NCBI GenBank assembly: GCA_041690295.1
Contig: JAWLHR010000011.1
Location: 1-64,000 of the forward strand
Origin: Bdellovibrionales bacterium
GTDB taxonomy: Bacteria; Bdellovibrionota; Bdellovibrionia; Bdellovibrionales; UBA1609
Reading direction: 5' to 3'
DNA: 64,000 bases
Below are positions 19,675-28,229 of this stretch, in pieces; position 1 is the first letter of the stretch; every line of letters starts with the position of its first letter. The position numbers and the translations under genes are program-made. Below the pieces are notes generated by a model. The model saw only the letters and a list, made by a program, of their open reading frames with translations. It did not search any database and was not told the DNA's origin.

Positions 19675-20282
19675 TTGACCAACTCCCGGAGCGCTTTTAA
19701 CAACAGCCGCTCCCTCTCGGTGGAGTCTTTCACCAGCTCGGTCCCGTCCAAGTCATGTATGGTGAGCGGGTCTTCGCCGGTTTGCACCCGAGGCTCGGAA
19801 TCCAAACTGGGAAAGCCTTTGAGTTTCCATTGCCAAGTGAGATTGATCCAATCCCGCCCCACCAGAATCGCGCGGCACTCTTTATAGAATCCGGGATTGA
19901 GCGAAACCGACGCGGGATGGTCTAGAACCACGAAGCTTTCCCGAACCGTCTCGCGCACGAGAGCGTGTCCGCGCAGTTCACAGGCGCGCTCCACATTGAT
20001 GGTTGTCACGGGAAAGGCGGAGAGATCAGGTGACACCGCTTTAATAATGGGGTGATGATACTCGACCACGATGATCTCCGCCGAAGTGGTCTCCGCCAAT
20101 TCGCGGACATGATATCCACTGCCCAGTCCCAAGACAAAAACCCGGCGAACGCGATTGATGAAGGTCCGCCGCCGCGCCAACCAATCCTTCGCTTCTTTTC
20201 GCGGATCCACCCGGGACGCCAATAATCGTCCATCCCAGCGAAGGATTCGATCACCTGACTTGGCGATTTCGATCTCAATCAA
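19671..20282 (-). CDS. Maf (motility accessory factor) N-terminal-like protein
   Basis: 'LASRVDPRKEA', 'VLGLGSGYH', 'IIVVE' resemble the N-terminal domain of Maf/DUF115 proteins. Confidence 0.55.
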   Translation of the reverse strand: MIEIEIAKSGDRILRWDGRLLASRVDPRKEAKDWLARRRTFINRVRRVFVLGLGSGYHVRELAETTSAEIIVVEYHHPIIKAVSPDLSAFPVTTINVERACELRGHALVRETVRESFVVLDHPASVSLNPGFYKECRAILVGRDWINLTWQWKLKGFPSLDSEPRVQTGEDPLTIHDLDGTELVKDSTERERLLLKALRELVK

Positions 20283-21172
20283 AGCGAGGCCCTTATCTGT
20301 TGATGAAGTTCAATGGCGCGGGCGTGGCCGGGATTGACGGCCAGCAACCGCTCCAATTCACATAGAGCGATATTCGTTTCACCACGTCGCCAGCTCAGCC
20401 AAGCGAACGCCAGACTGAATTCCTCATTCCAACCACCCAGAACCAGGTAAGCCCGCAGCATTTCCCGCACGCGGGATTCTTTGTCGGTACCGCCCCAGTT
20501 CAACGCCAACGTCAGCGCCACATCATTGAGTGGATTGTACTCGAGCGCCGCTTCCAGATTTCCCCACGCCAGTTCAAAATCACCTTTGGTGCGGTGGCAA
20601 ATGGCAAGCCCGATCCAGGCTTTGTCATTGCCGATGTTCAAACTCAGCGCGGTTCGGAACCGTTCCAGCGCCAAATCCCATTCCTGTCGCTGCACACATA
20701 ACGTTCCCAAATTCACCAGCAGAACGTCCGAATCCGGTTTGAGCCGATGAGCTTTGTTGTAACTGTCTTCGGCCGAATCAAAATCACCACGACGGACGAA
20801 GATATTGCCGAGTGTTTTAAAAATTTCGAAAAGCTCGGAGCATTCGCCGGGCGCGATCAAAAGCGCCTCTTGCAGGTGAGTGAAGGCCTCGCTGTCCATT
20901 TCCAGCTGGTATTCAAGACGAGCGAGCGTGAAGACGGTCTCGAAGCGGGAATCCATCTTGATCACACCCCGAACGACCTTCAACGCCTCTTCAAGACGGC
21001 CGAGTTCTTCAAGCCGGTGGGCCAGTCTCATGGCGGTCAACGAATCGTACGGATTCGCCTGTAACATGCAGTAAAAATCTTCGAGATCCAGAGGCGCGGC
21101 GCTCGGCCGTTCGGTCAATGTTTCCAAGCGCTCGTCACGCTGGTCATTGGCCTTGTGATTTATTAGCTCCAA
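20279..21172 (-). CDS. TPR repeat protein
   Basis: Multiple TPR units, e.g. 'LGNIFVRRGDFDSAEDSYNKA'. Confidence 0.85.
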   Translation of the reverse strand: MELINHKANDQRDERLETLTERPSAAPLDLEDFYCMLQANPYDSLTAMRLAHRLEELGRLEEALKVVRGVIKMDSRFETVFTLARLEYQLEMDSEAFTHLQEALLIAPGECSELFEIFKTLGNIFVRRGDFDSAEDSYNKAHRLKPDSDVLLVNLGTLCVQRQEWDLALERFRTALSLNIGNDKAWIGLAICHRTKGDFELAWGNLEAALEYNPLNDVALTLALNWGGTDKESRVREMLRAYLVLGGWNEEFSLAFAWLSWRRGETNIALCELERLLAVNPGHARAIELHQQIRASL

Positions 21173-21199
21173 AGTTGATTCCCCCGATGCGAAGTGGAG

Positions 21200-21215
21200 A
21201 GCAACACGGATGCCA
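21200..21215 (-). promoter_or_regulatory. sigma54 promoter
   Basis: Minus strand TGGCATCCGTGTTGCT, near consensus TGGCAC-N5-TTGC, upstream of the TPR/Maf/GT9 operon. Confidence 0.75.
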
Positions 21216-21300
21216 GTGGCGAAATGAAATTAGATGAAATTAGGGACCGCGATCAGACCGCGGTCGGGCCAGATTTCACGGGTCCGGTGTCAAAGATCCG

Positions 21301-21726
21301 TCAGGCCTTTTCGTCCAGTTTATTGATGGTCTCGCCGGACTTGTAGGCTCCAACCGCCTTTTTAGCCGATTGGACTTGCCGCAGTTCCTTGATGATGTCC
21401 GATTTTTCTTTCTCGATCATCGAGAGGACTTGAAGATCTTGGGCGAGAATACGCGTCACGAGATCATTCTTTTCGTTCATGCACTTCAATATCTGGTGGC
21501 GATCTTCCTCGGAGATCTTTATATCGTCACCTTGCGCGACGGCCGCGGCTTCGAGCAGCCGGTCGATACAACGGACAAGGTCGAGGATCGTTTCCCGGGC
21601 CTCGTAAAAGGTCTCGAGATTCTCGAAATTCCCCTCGGCGAAGTTCAACAGCTCGGTCTCATTGAGCTCATGGAATTTCTGAAGATGATAATTCTTATCC
21701 TTGAGCAGGTTGATGATTGTTTCCAC
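21301..21726 (-). CDS. FliT/FlgN-like flagellar chaperone
   Basis: All-helical, directly after fliS, GGAGG RBS, C-terminal 'AY.......D.K'. Confidence 0.6.
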   Translation of the reverse strand: METIINLLKDKNYHLQKFHELNETELLNFAEGNFENLETFYEARETILDLVRCIDRLLEAAAVAQGDDIKISEEDRHQILKCMNEKNDLVTRILAQDLQVLSMIEKEKSDIIKELRQVQSAKKAVGAYKSGETINKLDEKA

Positions 21727-21739
21727 AGACCCTCCTGGC

Positions 21740-22132
21740 CTATTTGTTCAGTTGATCTTCGCGCTTGAGTTTCTCAATCGCTTCGACCCATCCTGAGTAA
21801 AGTGTTTCCATAACTTTCAAGGCGTCCTCGAGCGGCTTTTTATCACCGGTCGCGTTCGCTTTGACCAATTGTTCGTTCACGAAAATGTAGAGCTGTTCCA
21901 AATTGGCGGCGATTTCCTTGCCGGCCTCATGATTCAACGTATTGTTCAGCTCATTGACGATGTCGAACGCCCGCCCGATGTTCATTCCTCGATCGGCGAT
22001 GTCCTTGCGGTCGATCGCGGCCATGGCTTGCTTCATGAAACGGATCGCGCCTTCATAAAGCATCAGCAGGAGTTTTTCCTTGCTCGCGCTCTGCACCGAG
22101 GTCTGTTTGTATTTCTGATATGCGTTCTTCAT
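21740..22132 (-). CDS. fliS: Flagellin chaperone FliS
   Basis: 'AYQKY', 'LLLMLYEGAIRF', 'IAANLEQLY', 'GWVEA'. Confidence 0.97.
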   Translation of the reverse strand: MKNAYQKYKQTSVQSASKEKLLLMLYEGAIRFMKQAMAAIDRKDIADRGMNIGRAFDIVNELNNTLNHEAGKEIAANLEQLYIFVNEQLVKANATGDKKPLEDALKVMETLYSGWVEAIEKLKREDQLNK

Positions 22133-22167
22133 ATTCCCTGTATCAATCGGTTACAATTTTCTCGAAC

Positions 22168-23550
22168 TTAACCCATTCCTCCGCCGAACGGTCCGCCGCC
22201 GCCGCCGAAAATCGCCGCGACCTGTCCGCCCTGGCCTTTGAGCCGGCTCATGGTTTCTTCAAGCTTCGCGAACTTGGCGCGCAAGTTTTCTTCCTTTTTC
22301 GCCAACTGTTTTTCTTTGCGCGCGATCTGATCGTCCATGCCGCGAATCCGGTCCTGCAAGGCGCGTTTACGAATCGCCACGGGACCGAAGGCTTGATTAA
22401 GAAGGTTGTTCACTTCCCGTTTCAACGTCGGAATGAAACCCGTGTTAAAACCGTCGCCGGCGAGGAACTTCTGGACCGCTCCCGGATTTCTGGCCAAAGC
22501 GTCGTTGAACTTCTTTTCGTCAAAGTCGAGCGTTCCGTTGCGGTTGAACGTGACTCCCAGCTGATTCAGGCGTGTCACTTCACCGTTCACTCCCACGATG
22601 GGGTTCTGCACGAGACTTCGGATGCGATTCTCAATCGTGCGCAGAAGGGAATCGCCGCCCAGCGTGCTTGACGTGTCGGTGTCTTTGGTCAGGGCGTTTT
22701 GCTGTTGAATGAAGGACAGAACCGAGTTCATGCCGTCGACGAAGCTTTTGACTTTACCGACGACGACTTCCATGTCCTCTTTGACACTGATGTTGACCGT
22801 GCGTCCGGGCGTGGCCTGCCGGAGTTCAAGTGTCACGCCCGGAATCACGTCCTTGACGGTGTTATCACCGACTTCAAATTCGAATCCGTCGATCTTAACG
22901 CGGCCGTTTTTCGCTTCTTTTTCTTTATCGAAGTAAATGTCCTGGTCACCATCGAGAAAATACAGCGTGGGATAATTGATGCTGTTGTCACCGCCCACGG
23001 AATCACCGGAGATCATCAGTCTATAAGGCGCATCGGGATCCGAGCGGTCGTTAATCACGGAAGCTTTCACGCCGATGTTCGCCCGGTTGATGGTTTCAGC
23101 GACTTTTTCAAGCGTGTTGTTGCTGCCGTTGATGTAAATTTCCTTGCGCCCTTCCGGCGTGTCGAAGCGAAAATAACCGACTCCGATTTGCGATTTATCT
23201 TTGTCGGGAAATCCATTGGTGATGGCGCCGGCTTTTTCCGCCAACTCAATCACTTCAATGTTCCAACTGCCGTTGACGGCGGAGCTGGGATCCACCGTTC
23301 CAGCCACCACATTGGGATCGCCGGAGAGAATTTTGATGTCATTGAATCCGCGAGTGCTGGCGAGCTCACGAATGGAGCCCACCATTTCATTGAGTTTCGT
23401 CTCGAGATCCTGAACCAGTTTCAGGCGGTTTTCTTGTTTGCCTTTGTTGCGCTCGATGTTTTTGATAGGAATGCGTTCGGCATCGATCAGTTGATCGACC
23501 AAATTGGGTGGTAATCCTGAAGCGATACCGCCAATGTTGATTCCAGCCAC
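22168..23550 (-). CDS. fliD: Filament cap FliD
   Basis: 'GIASGL', 'VIPGVTLEL', 'LGGDSLLR', 'LRAKFAKLE'. Confidence 0.95.
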   Translation of the reverse strand: MAGINIGGIASGLPPNLVDQLIDAERIPIKNIERNKGKQENRLKLVQDLETKLNEMVGSIRELASTRGFNDIKILSGDPNVVAGTVDPSSAVNGSWNIEVIELAEKAGAITNGFPDKDKSQIGVGYFRFDTPEGRKEIYINGSNNTLEKVAETINRANIGVKASVINDRSDPDAPYRLMISGDSVGGDNSINYPTLYFLDGDQDIYFDKEKEAKNGRVKIDGFEFEVGDNTVKDVIPGVTLELRQATPGRTVNISVKEDMEVVVGKVKSFVDGMNSVLSFIQQQNALTKDTDTSSTLGGDSLLRTIENRIRSLVQNPIVGVNGEVTRLNQLGVTFNRNGTLDFDEKKFNDALARNPGAVQKFLAGDGFNTGFIPTLKREVNNLLNQAFGPVAIRKRALQDRIRGMDDQIARKEKQLAKKEENLRAKFAKLEETMSRLKGQGGQVAAIFGGGGGPFGGGMG

Positions 23551-23612
23551 TCGTCACTCCTCTTCATCCATTTTCCCTCGAGGAGTGCTGATCCAGTGAG
23601 TCAATAATATGA

Positions 23613-23981
23613 CTACATCGCTTTGTCTAGAATCCGACCGGTCTGGCGATCACGGTCGCGGGTGGCGAGCCAGAGCTGGCTCTCAGACAGCCGTCGAATG
23701 ATTTTCCCGTCCGGATCAATGATAAAAACAATTCGGCCCTCGGGCCGCTCTTCGACTTTGATCTCAAGATTATTGGTTTTAAGTCCGGGATGATCATTGA
23801 GGACACGCAAAGCATCGTCAAATTCTTGTTGGGTCAGGTGACGCTTGGGAGCTTCTTCCTGTTGTTCCCGCTTGCCATCCGCATCACGATCCGCGCTGGC
23901 CTTCGCGCGCTGATTGACCTCAGTCCGTGCCTTCGGATCGATTTGCAGTATGGGGTTGGGGCTTACGGTTTTTACATTCAT
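23613..23981 (-). CDS. flaG: FlaG family protein
   Basis: Upstream of fliD; 'IIDPDGKIIRRL...GRILDK'. Confidence 0.8.
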   Translation of the reverse strand: MNVKTVSPNPILQIDPKARTEVNQRAKASADRDADGKREQQEEAPKRHLTQQEFDDALRVLNDHPGLKTNNLEIKVEERPEGRIVFIIDPDGKIIRRLSESQLWLATRDRDRQTGRILDKAM

Positions 23982-23990
23982 CCGAATTCT

Positions 23991-24019
23991 AATTCGGAAT
24001 CACTGCAAAAAAACCTAAA
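23991..24019 (-). promoter_or_regulatory. sigma28-like promoter candidate
   Basis: Minus strand TTTAGG...TCCGAATT, 9 nt before the flaG ATG (near-leaderless); spacing slightly long. Confidence 0.45.
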
Positions 24020-24054
24020 GCACCCCGCCCCATTCTGGACTTGAGTCCCTGACT

Positions 24055-25341
24055 TCAGTGAGCGGGAGTTTCCGCGAATTGTTCCGCTTCGGTGGAATGT
24101 TTCAACGCGCCCGTGGACGCGCGGCCTTCACTGATTGTCATGAGAATCTGATCGAAGTAGCCCGTGCCCACTTCCCGTTGATGGCGGGTGGCCGTATAGC
24201 CTTCGGCCTCGCGCGCGAATTCCCGCTCTTGCAAATCCACGTAAGCCGGCATTCCGATTTCCGCGTAAGCCGCGGCCAACTCGAACGAGTGGAGATTGAG
24301 TAGGTGCCAGCCGGCCAGCGTGATGAACTGGAACTTGTATCCCATCGCGCCGAGCTCGCGTTGAAACTTGGCGATGGTGTGCGAATCCAGATTCTTTTTC
24401 CAATTGAATGAGGGGGAGCAATTGTAGGCCAGCAGTTTGCCCGGATAATTCATGTGAATGGCTTCGGCGAATTTCCGCGCTTCTTCCAGATCCGGTTTGG
24501 ATGTCTCCACCCAGAGCAAATCGGCGTAAGGCGCATAGGCCAGGCCGCGTGCGATCGAAGCTTCAAGACTGGGTTTCACGCGGAAATAGCCTTCCGACGT
24601 GCGTTCGCCCGTGAGGAACGGACGATCGTAGGGATCAATGTCACTGGTCATCAAAGTGGCGCCGAGCGAATCCGTGCGCGCGATGATCAGCGTGGGAACA
24701 TCCAATACATCCGACGCGAGTCGGGCCGCCACCAAGGTGCGGACGAACTGCGATGTGGGGATCAAAACCTTTCCACCCAGGTGACCGCATTTCTTTTCCG
24801 CCGCCAATTGATCCTCGAAATGAACACCGGCCGCGCCGGCCTCGATCATGGATTTCATCAACTCAAAGGCGTGCAGCGGTCCGCCGAAGCCGGCTTCCGC
24901 ATCGGCCACGATCGGCGCGTACCAATGAGTCGTGCACTTGCCTTCGGATTTTTCGATTTGATCCGCGCGCATGAGCGCATTGTTGATCCGTCTCACCACC
25001 TGAGGAACGCTGTTCGACGGATAAAGACTCTGGTCCGGGTAAGTGTTTCCGCTGAGATTGGCGTCGGCGGCCACCTGCCAGCCACTCAGATAAATCGCTT
25101 TCAATCCCGCTTTCACCATTTGCACGGCTTGCGCGCCAGTCATCGCGCCAAGGGCATTGATGTAATCTTCTTTGTGCAGCAGCTCCCAAAGCCGGTTCGC
25201 TCCCGCCCGGGCGACGGAATATTCGATCGGCAATGAAGTGCGCAGCCGCAAAACATCCTGAGCGGTGTAGGGCCGCTTGATGCCTTGCCAGCGAGGTTCA
25301 GTGGTCCAGGACTTCGTCATCATCTCCGCGCTGATGCTCAT
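24055..25341 (-). CDS. aceA: Isocitrate lyase
   Basis: '[10 protein letters not shown]', 'KKCGHLGGK', '[11 protein letters not shown]', '[11 protein letters not shown]'. Confidence 0.98.
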   Translation of the reverse strand: MSISAEMMTKSWTTEPRWQGIKRPYTAQDVLRLRTSLPIEYSVARAGANRLWELLHKEDYINALGAMTGAQAVQMVKAGLKAIYLSGWQVAADANLSGNTYPDQSLYPSNSVPQVVRRINNALMRADQIEKSEGKCTTHWYAPIVADAEAGFGGPLHAFELMKSMIEAGAAGVHFEDQLAAEKKCGHLGGKVLIPTSQFVRTLVAARLASDVLDVPTLIIARTDSLGATLMTSDIDPYDRPFLTGERTSEGYFRVKPSLEASIARGLAYAPYADLLWVETSKPDLEEARKFAEAIHMNYPGKLLAYNCSPSFNWKKNLDSHTIAKFQRELGAMGYKFQFITLAGWHLLNLHSFELAAAYAEIGMPAYVDLQEREFAREAEGYTATRHQREVGTGYFDQILMTISEGRASTGALKHSTEAEQFAETPAH

Positions 25342-26951
25342 ACTTGTTCCTCCAACATCTCGTATGCGGGTAAAGTTAAGAAATCAGTGAAGTTCGAATC
25401 CAAGACAAGATCGCGTAAGAGACGGCCGGCGCGCTGAACATGAGCGTGCTGTTTGTGAGTGGCGATTTCGCGCTCCAGTTCGCGCTCGAAAAGTTGCGGC
25501 GTGATGACCGTGCCGTCGCGAAGTTTGGCGCGATGACGAATCCAGAACCAAAGTTCCGCCCGCGCGATTTCCGCGGTGGCCGCATCTTCCATTAAATTGT
25601 GAATCGCGACCGCTCCGGTGCCGGCCAACCAATTGGCCATATAAACAAGAGCCACGTGAATGTTGTTCCGCACTCCATCCATCGTGATCCCGGTGCCTTC
25701 GATCGTGCGGGGAATGAGGTCACGCGAGCTGATTTCAAGAGGAATGCGCTTGTCTTTTTGATGCGGGTTCGTACCGAGGACGGCGTCGAACTCTTTGAGC
25801 GCGACGGGTACTAGGTCCGGGTGCGCCACCCAGGTTCCATCGAACCCCTCACCCGCTTCCCTTTTTTTGTCTTCAGTCACTTTGGCGAGCGCGATTTCGT
25901 TCACCTTTGGGTCCCGGCGCGAGGGAATAAATGCCGACATCCCGCCGATGGCGTGCGCGCCGCGCTTGTGACAAGTATCGACCAGAAGATTGGTGTACGC
26001 CCGCATGAAGGGCACGGTCATTGTGAGTTCATTGCGATCGGGAAAGTTAATGTCGCCTCTGTGGCGGAACTTTTTAATCATGCTGAAGAGATAATCCCAG
26101 CGTCCCGCGTTCAATCCGGCGGCGTGTTCTTTAAGTTCGAAGAGGATTTCTTCCATCTCGAAGGCCGCGGTGATGGTCTCGATAAGAACCGTCGCTCGAA
26201 TCGTGCCGCGCGGGATGGAGAGATAATCCTGGGCGAAATTGAAAACATCATTCCATAGTCGCGCCTCGATGTGGGACTCAAGTTTGGGCAGGTAAAAGTA
26301 AGGGCCCGATCCTCGCGCGATCAGTTCATGCGCGTTGTGGAACATGTAAAGACCGAAATCAAAGAGCGAGCCCGAAATGGGCTCGTTGTCGATCAGAACG
26401 TGCTTTTCGGTCAGGTGCCATCCGCGCGGTCTCACCACCAGGGTGGCGATCTCCGGTTTCAGCGTGTACTCCTTGCCTTCCGGACTTCGGTGGCGGAGTT
26501 CACGTCTCACGGCCGCGCGCAAGTTAGCCTGCCCTTCGATAACGTTGGCCCAAGTCGGCGAGGTGGCGTCTTCCAGATCCGCCATGAACACCTTCGCACC
26601 CGAGTTCAAAGCGTTGATCATCATCTTGGCGTCAACGGGACCGGTGATCTCGGTGCGACGATCGGTCAAATCCCGCGGCGAGGGTGCGACCTGCCATTGG
26701 CTGTCGCGGATTTTCTCGGTGTTTTGGAGAAACTCCAGCGCCATCGCTCCGTCGCGCAACTTTTGATCGCGAATCGCGCGTTCCCGGAGAATGGCTTTGC
26801 GCCGGCTTTCGAAGTGAACATGCAGTGAAAACAAAAAGCGCTGGGCCTCTGGAGTGAGGACGCCCGCTGCAGACGGCGTGGTCTTCCGAACTTTCATGAC
26901 AGGGGTTGGCTTCAATGTCAGTTGAGATCCAGTATTCACATCCGTCTGCAT
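25338..26951 (-). CDS. aceB: Malate synthase A
   Basis: 'DRRTEITGP', 'VRPRGWHL', 'YLPKLES', 'GLNAGRWDY', '[10 protein letters not shown]'. Confidence 0.98.
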   Translation of the reverse strand: MQTDVNTGSQLTLKPTPVMKVRKTTPSAAGVLTPEAQRFLFSLHVHFESRRKAILRERAIRDQKLRDGAMALEFLQNTEKIRDSQWQVAPSPRDLTDRRTEITGPVDAKMMINALNSGAKVFMADLEDATSPTWANVIEGQANLRAAVRRELRHRSPEGKEYTLKPEIATLVVRPRGWHLTEKHVLIDNEPISGSLFDFGLYMFHNAHELIARGSGPYFYLPKLESHIEARLWNDVFNFAQDYLSIPRGTIRATVLIETITAAFEMEEILFELKEHAAGLNAGRWDYLFSMIKKFRHRGDINFPDRNELTMTVPFMRAYTNLLVDTCHKRGAHAIGGMSAFIPSRRDPKVNEIALAKVTEDKKREAGEGFDGTWVAHPDLVPVALKEFDAVLGTNPHQKDKRIPLEISSRDLIPRTIEGTGITMDGVRNNIHVALVYMANWLAGTGAVAIHNLMEDAATAEIARAELWFWIRHRAKLRDGTVITPQLFERELEREIATHKQHAHVQRAGRLLRDLVLDSNFTDFLTLPAYEMLEEQV

Positions 26952-27032
26952 CGGGCACCTCTCTGATTTGGCGATTGTTCTCCTCTCCGAAGAATTTTTG
27001 CAAGCGCAAAACAAAAAAATTTTGCATGACTT

Positions 27033-27090
27033 TTTAGAGTTTCAACTCTAAATTGAGCGAACTTTGTTTACGTCTAGAGCTATAACTCTA
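27033..27090. promoter_or_regulatory. Two palindromic operators, TAGAGY-N4-ACTCTA
   Basis: TTTAGAGTTTCAACTCTAAA (27033-27052) and TAGAGCTATAACTCTA (27075-27090), between divergent aceB and tetR. Confidence 0.75.
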
Positions 27091-27104
27091 AAAGGAAGTT
27101 GCGA

Positions 27105-27689
27105 ATGAGAAAAGGAACCAATCGAGAAAGAATTCTTGAACACAGCGTGCATCTTTTCAACCAATCGGGAACCGTGGCGGTGACGACCAATCACATCGCC
27201 CGTCATCTCGGTATCAGTCCGGGAAACTTGTATTTTCATTTTCGTGACAAGGAAGAAATCATCCGGTTGCTTTACGATCGCATGTGCCAGGAAACTTACG
27301 AAGTTTGGCGCGTGCGGCCCGGTCAGGCGGTGCGCCCGCCGGAAGAGTTCGTGCGGCAAGCGTTCGAAGTGTTCTACAAATATCGTTTCTTCCACCGCGA
27401 GATGTACCACCTGCGGCGCTCGGATCCGCAACTGGCATTGGATTGGAAGCGCCATCTGGCGAAAACCAAGCGTCTAATGCTGGCGGTTTACGCCCAGTGG
27501 GTGCGCAAAGGCTGGATGCGCTCTGTGCGCGACCCGCGCGAGTTGGCCTTCATCGCCGAAACCGTGCTGATCACCTCATCCTCATTCCTGAACTTCTTCG
27601 AAAGCGCGGAAAAACCCGCCCGCAACCGCTACATCAGCATGGGCGTGGAATACATCCTTCGCTTTCTGCAGCCCTATCGCCTGCAGTAA
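27105..27689 (+). CDS. TetR/AcrR family regulator
   Basis: 'RERILE..VHLFN..G...VTTNHIA..LGISPGNLYFHFRDKEEI'. Confidence 0.95.
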   Translation: MRKGTNRERILEHSVHLFNQSGTVAVTTNHIARHLGISPGNLYFHFRDKEEIIRLLYDRMCQETYEVWRVRPGQAVRPPEEFVRQAFEVFYKYRFFHREMYHLRRSDPQLALDWKRHLAKTKRLMLAVYAQWVRKGWMRSVRDPRELAFIAETVLITSSSFLNFFESAEKPARNRYISMGVEYILRFLQPYRLQ

Positions 27690-27772
27690 TCACAGGCGTG
27701 GCCAGCGGCCGAGGCATCGCATCCGCGTTTCTCCCAGCGTGGGCTGTAAAACTCCGGCCCGCGCCGTAAATA

Positions 27773-28060
27773 TTATGACCCGCGGCCCGATGTTAAGCCT
27801 TGTTGCGGCCGACAGGCCAGATGTTCAGCCCTGTGATGTCCCGAGCAGAGAAGCTGAAGGTTGTCGAGTGTGTTCCCTCCGCCCTCAACGACAGGTTTAA
27901 TGTGATGGATGTGGAGAAACCGCTTCTGCGCACAACGCTTTCCCGCTAGATCACGGTGCGAACATTGGCCATTATACTTTAGGAAGACACGATGTTTTAA
28001 TGGGGCGGGAATACGTTCGCGATATTTGACTTCCGTTGGCTGGGATCGCCGCCCAACTGT
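27773..28060 (-). pseudogene. HNH endonuclease domain remnant
   Basis: 'RIPAPLKHRVF...QC......KRC..KRFLHIHHIKPVVEGG.N..DNL..LCSGHH'; no convincing start or RBS. Confidence 0.6.
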
Positions 28061-28229
28061 GCCCGGGCACGGATTGTATATAAATATTGTTTGTCTAAAG
28101 GCGTGAGTGAAACTGACAAGTGACAAAGCGAGCAGCTTATAGCTCGCCTCGAAGCCAAGGGGTGAGTTCCGCGGCCTCAGTTTTTCCTAAGTGTCCGCCC
28201 GAAGCGAAAGGGCGAGCATCAAGAAAAAA

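Noticed and set aside
22120..26828. Long plus-strand ORFs (22120-22671, 22699-23514, 24454-25236, 26271-26828)
   Set aside because: Antisense shadows of fliD, aceA and aceB with no recognisable motifs.
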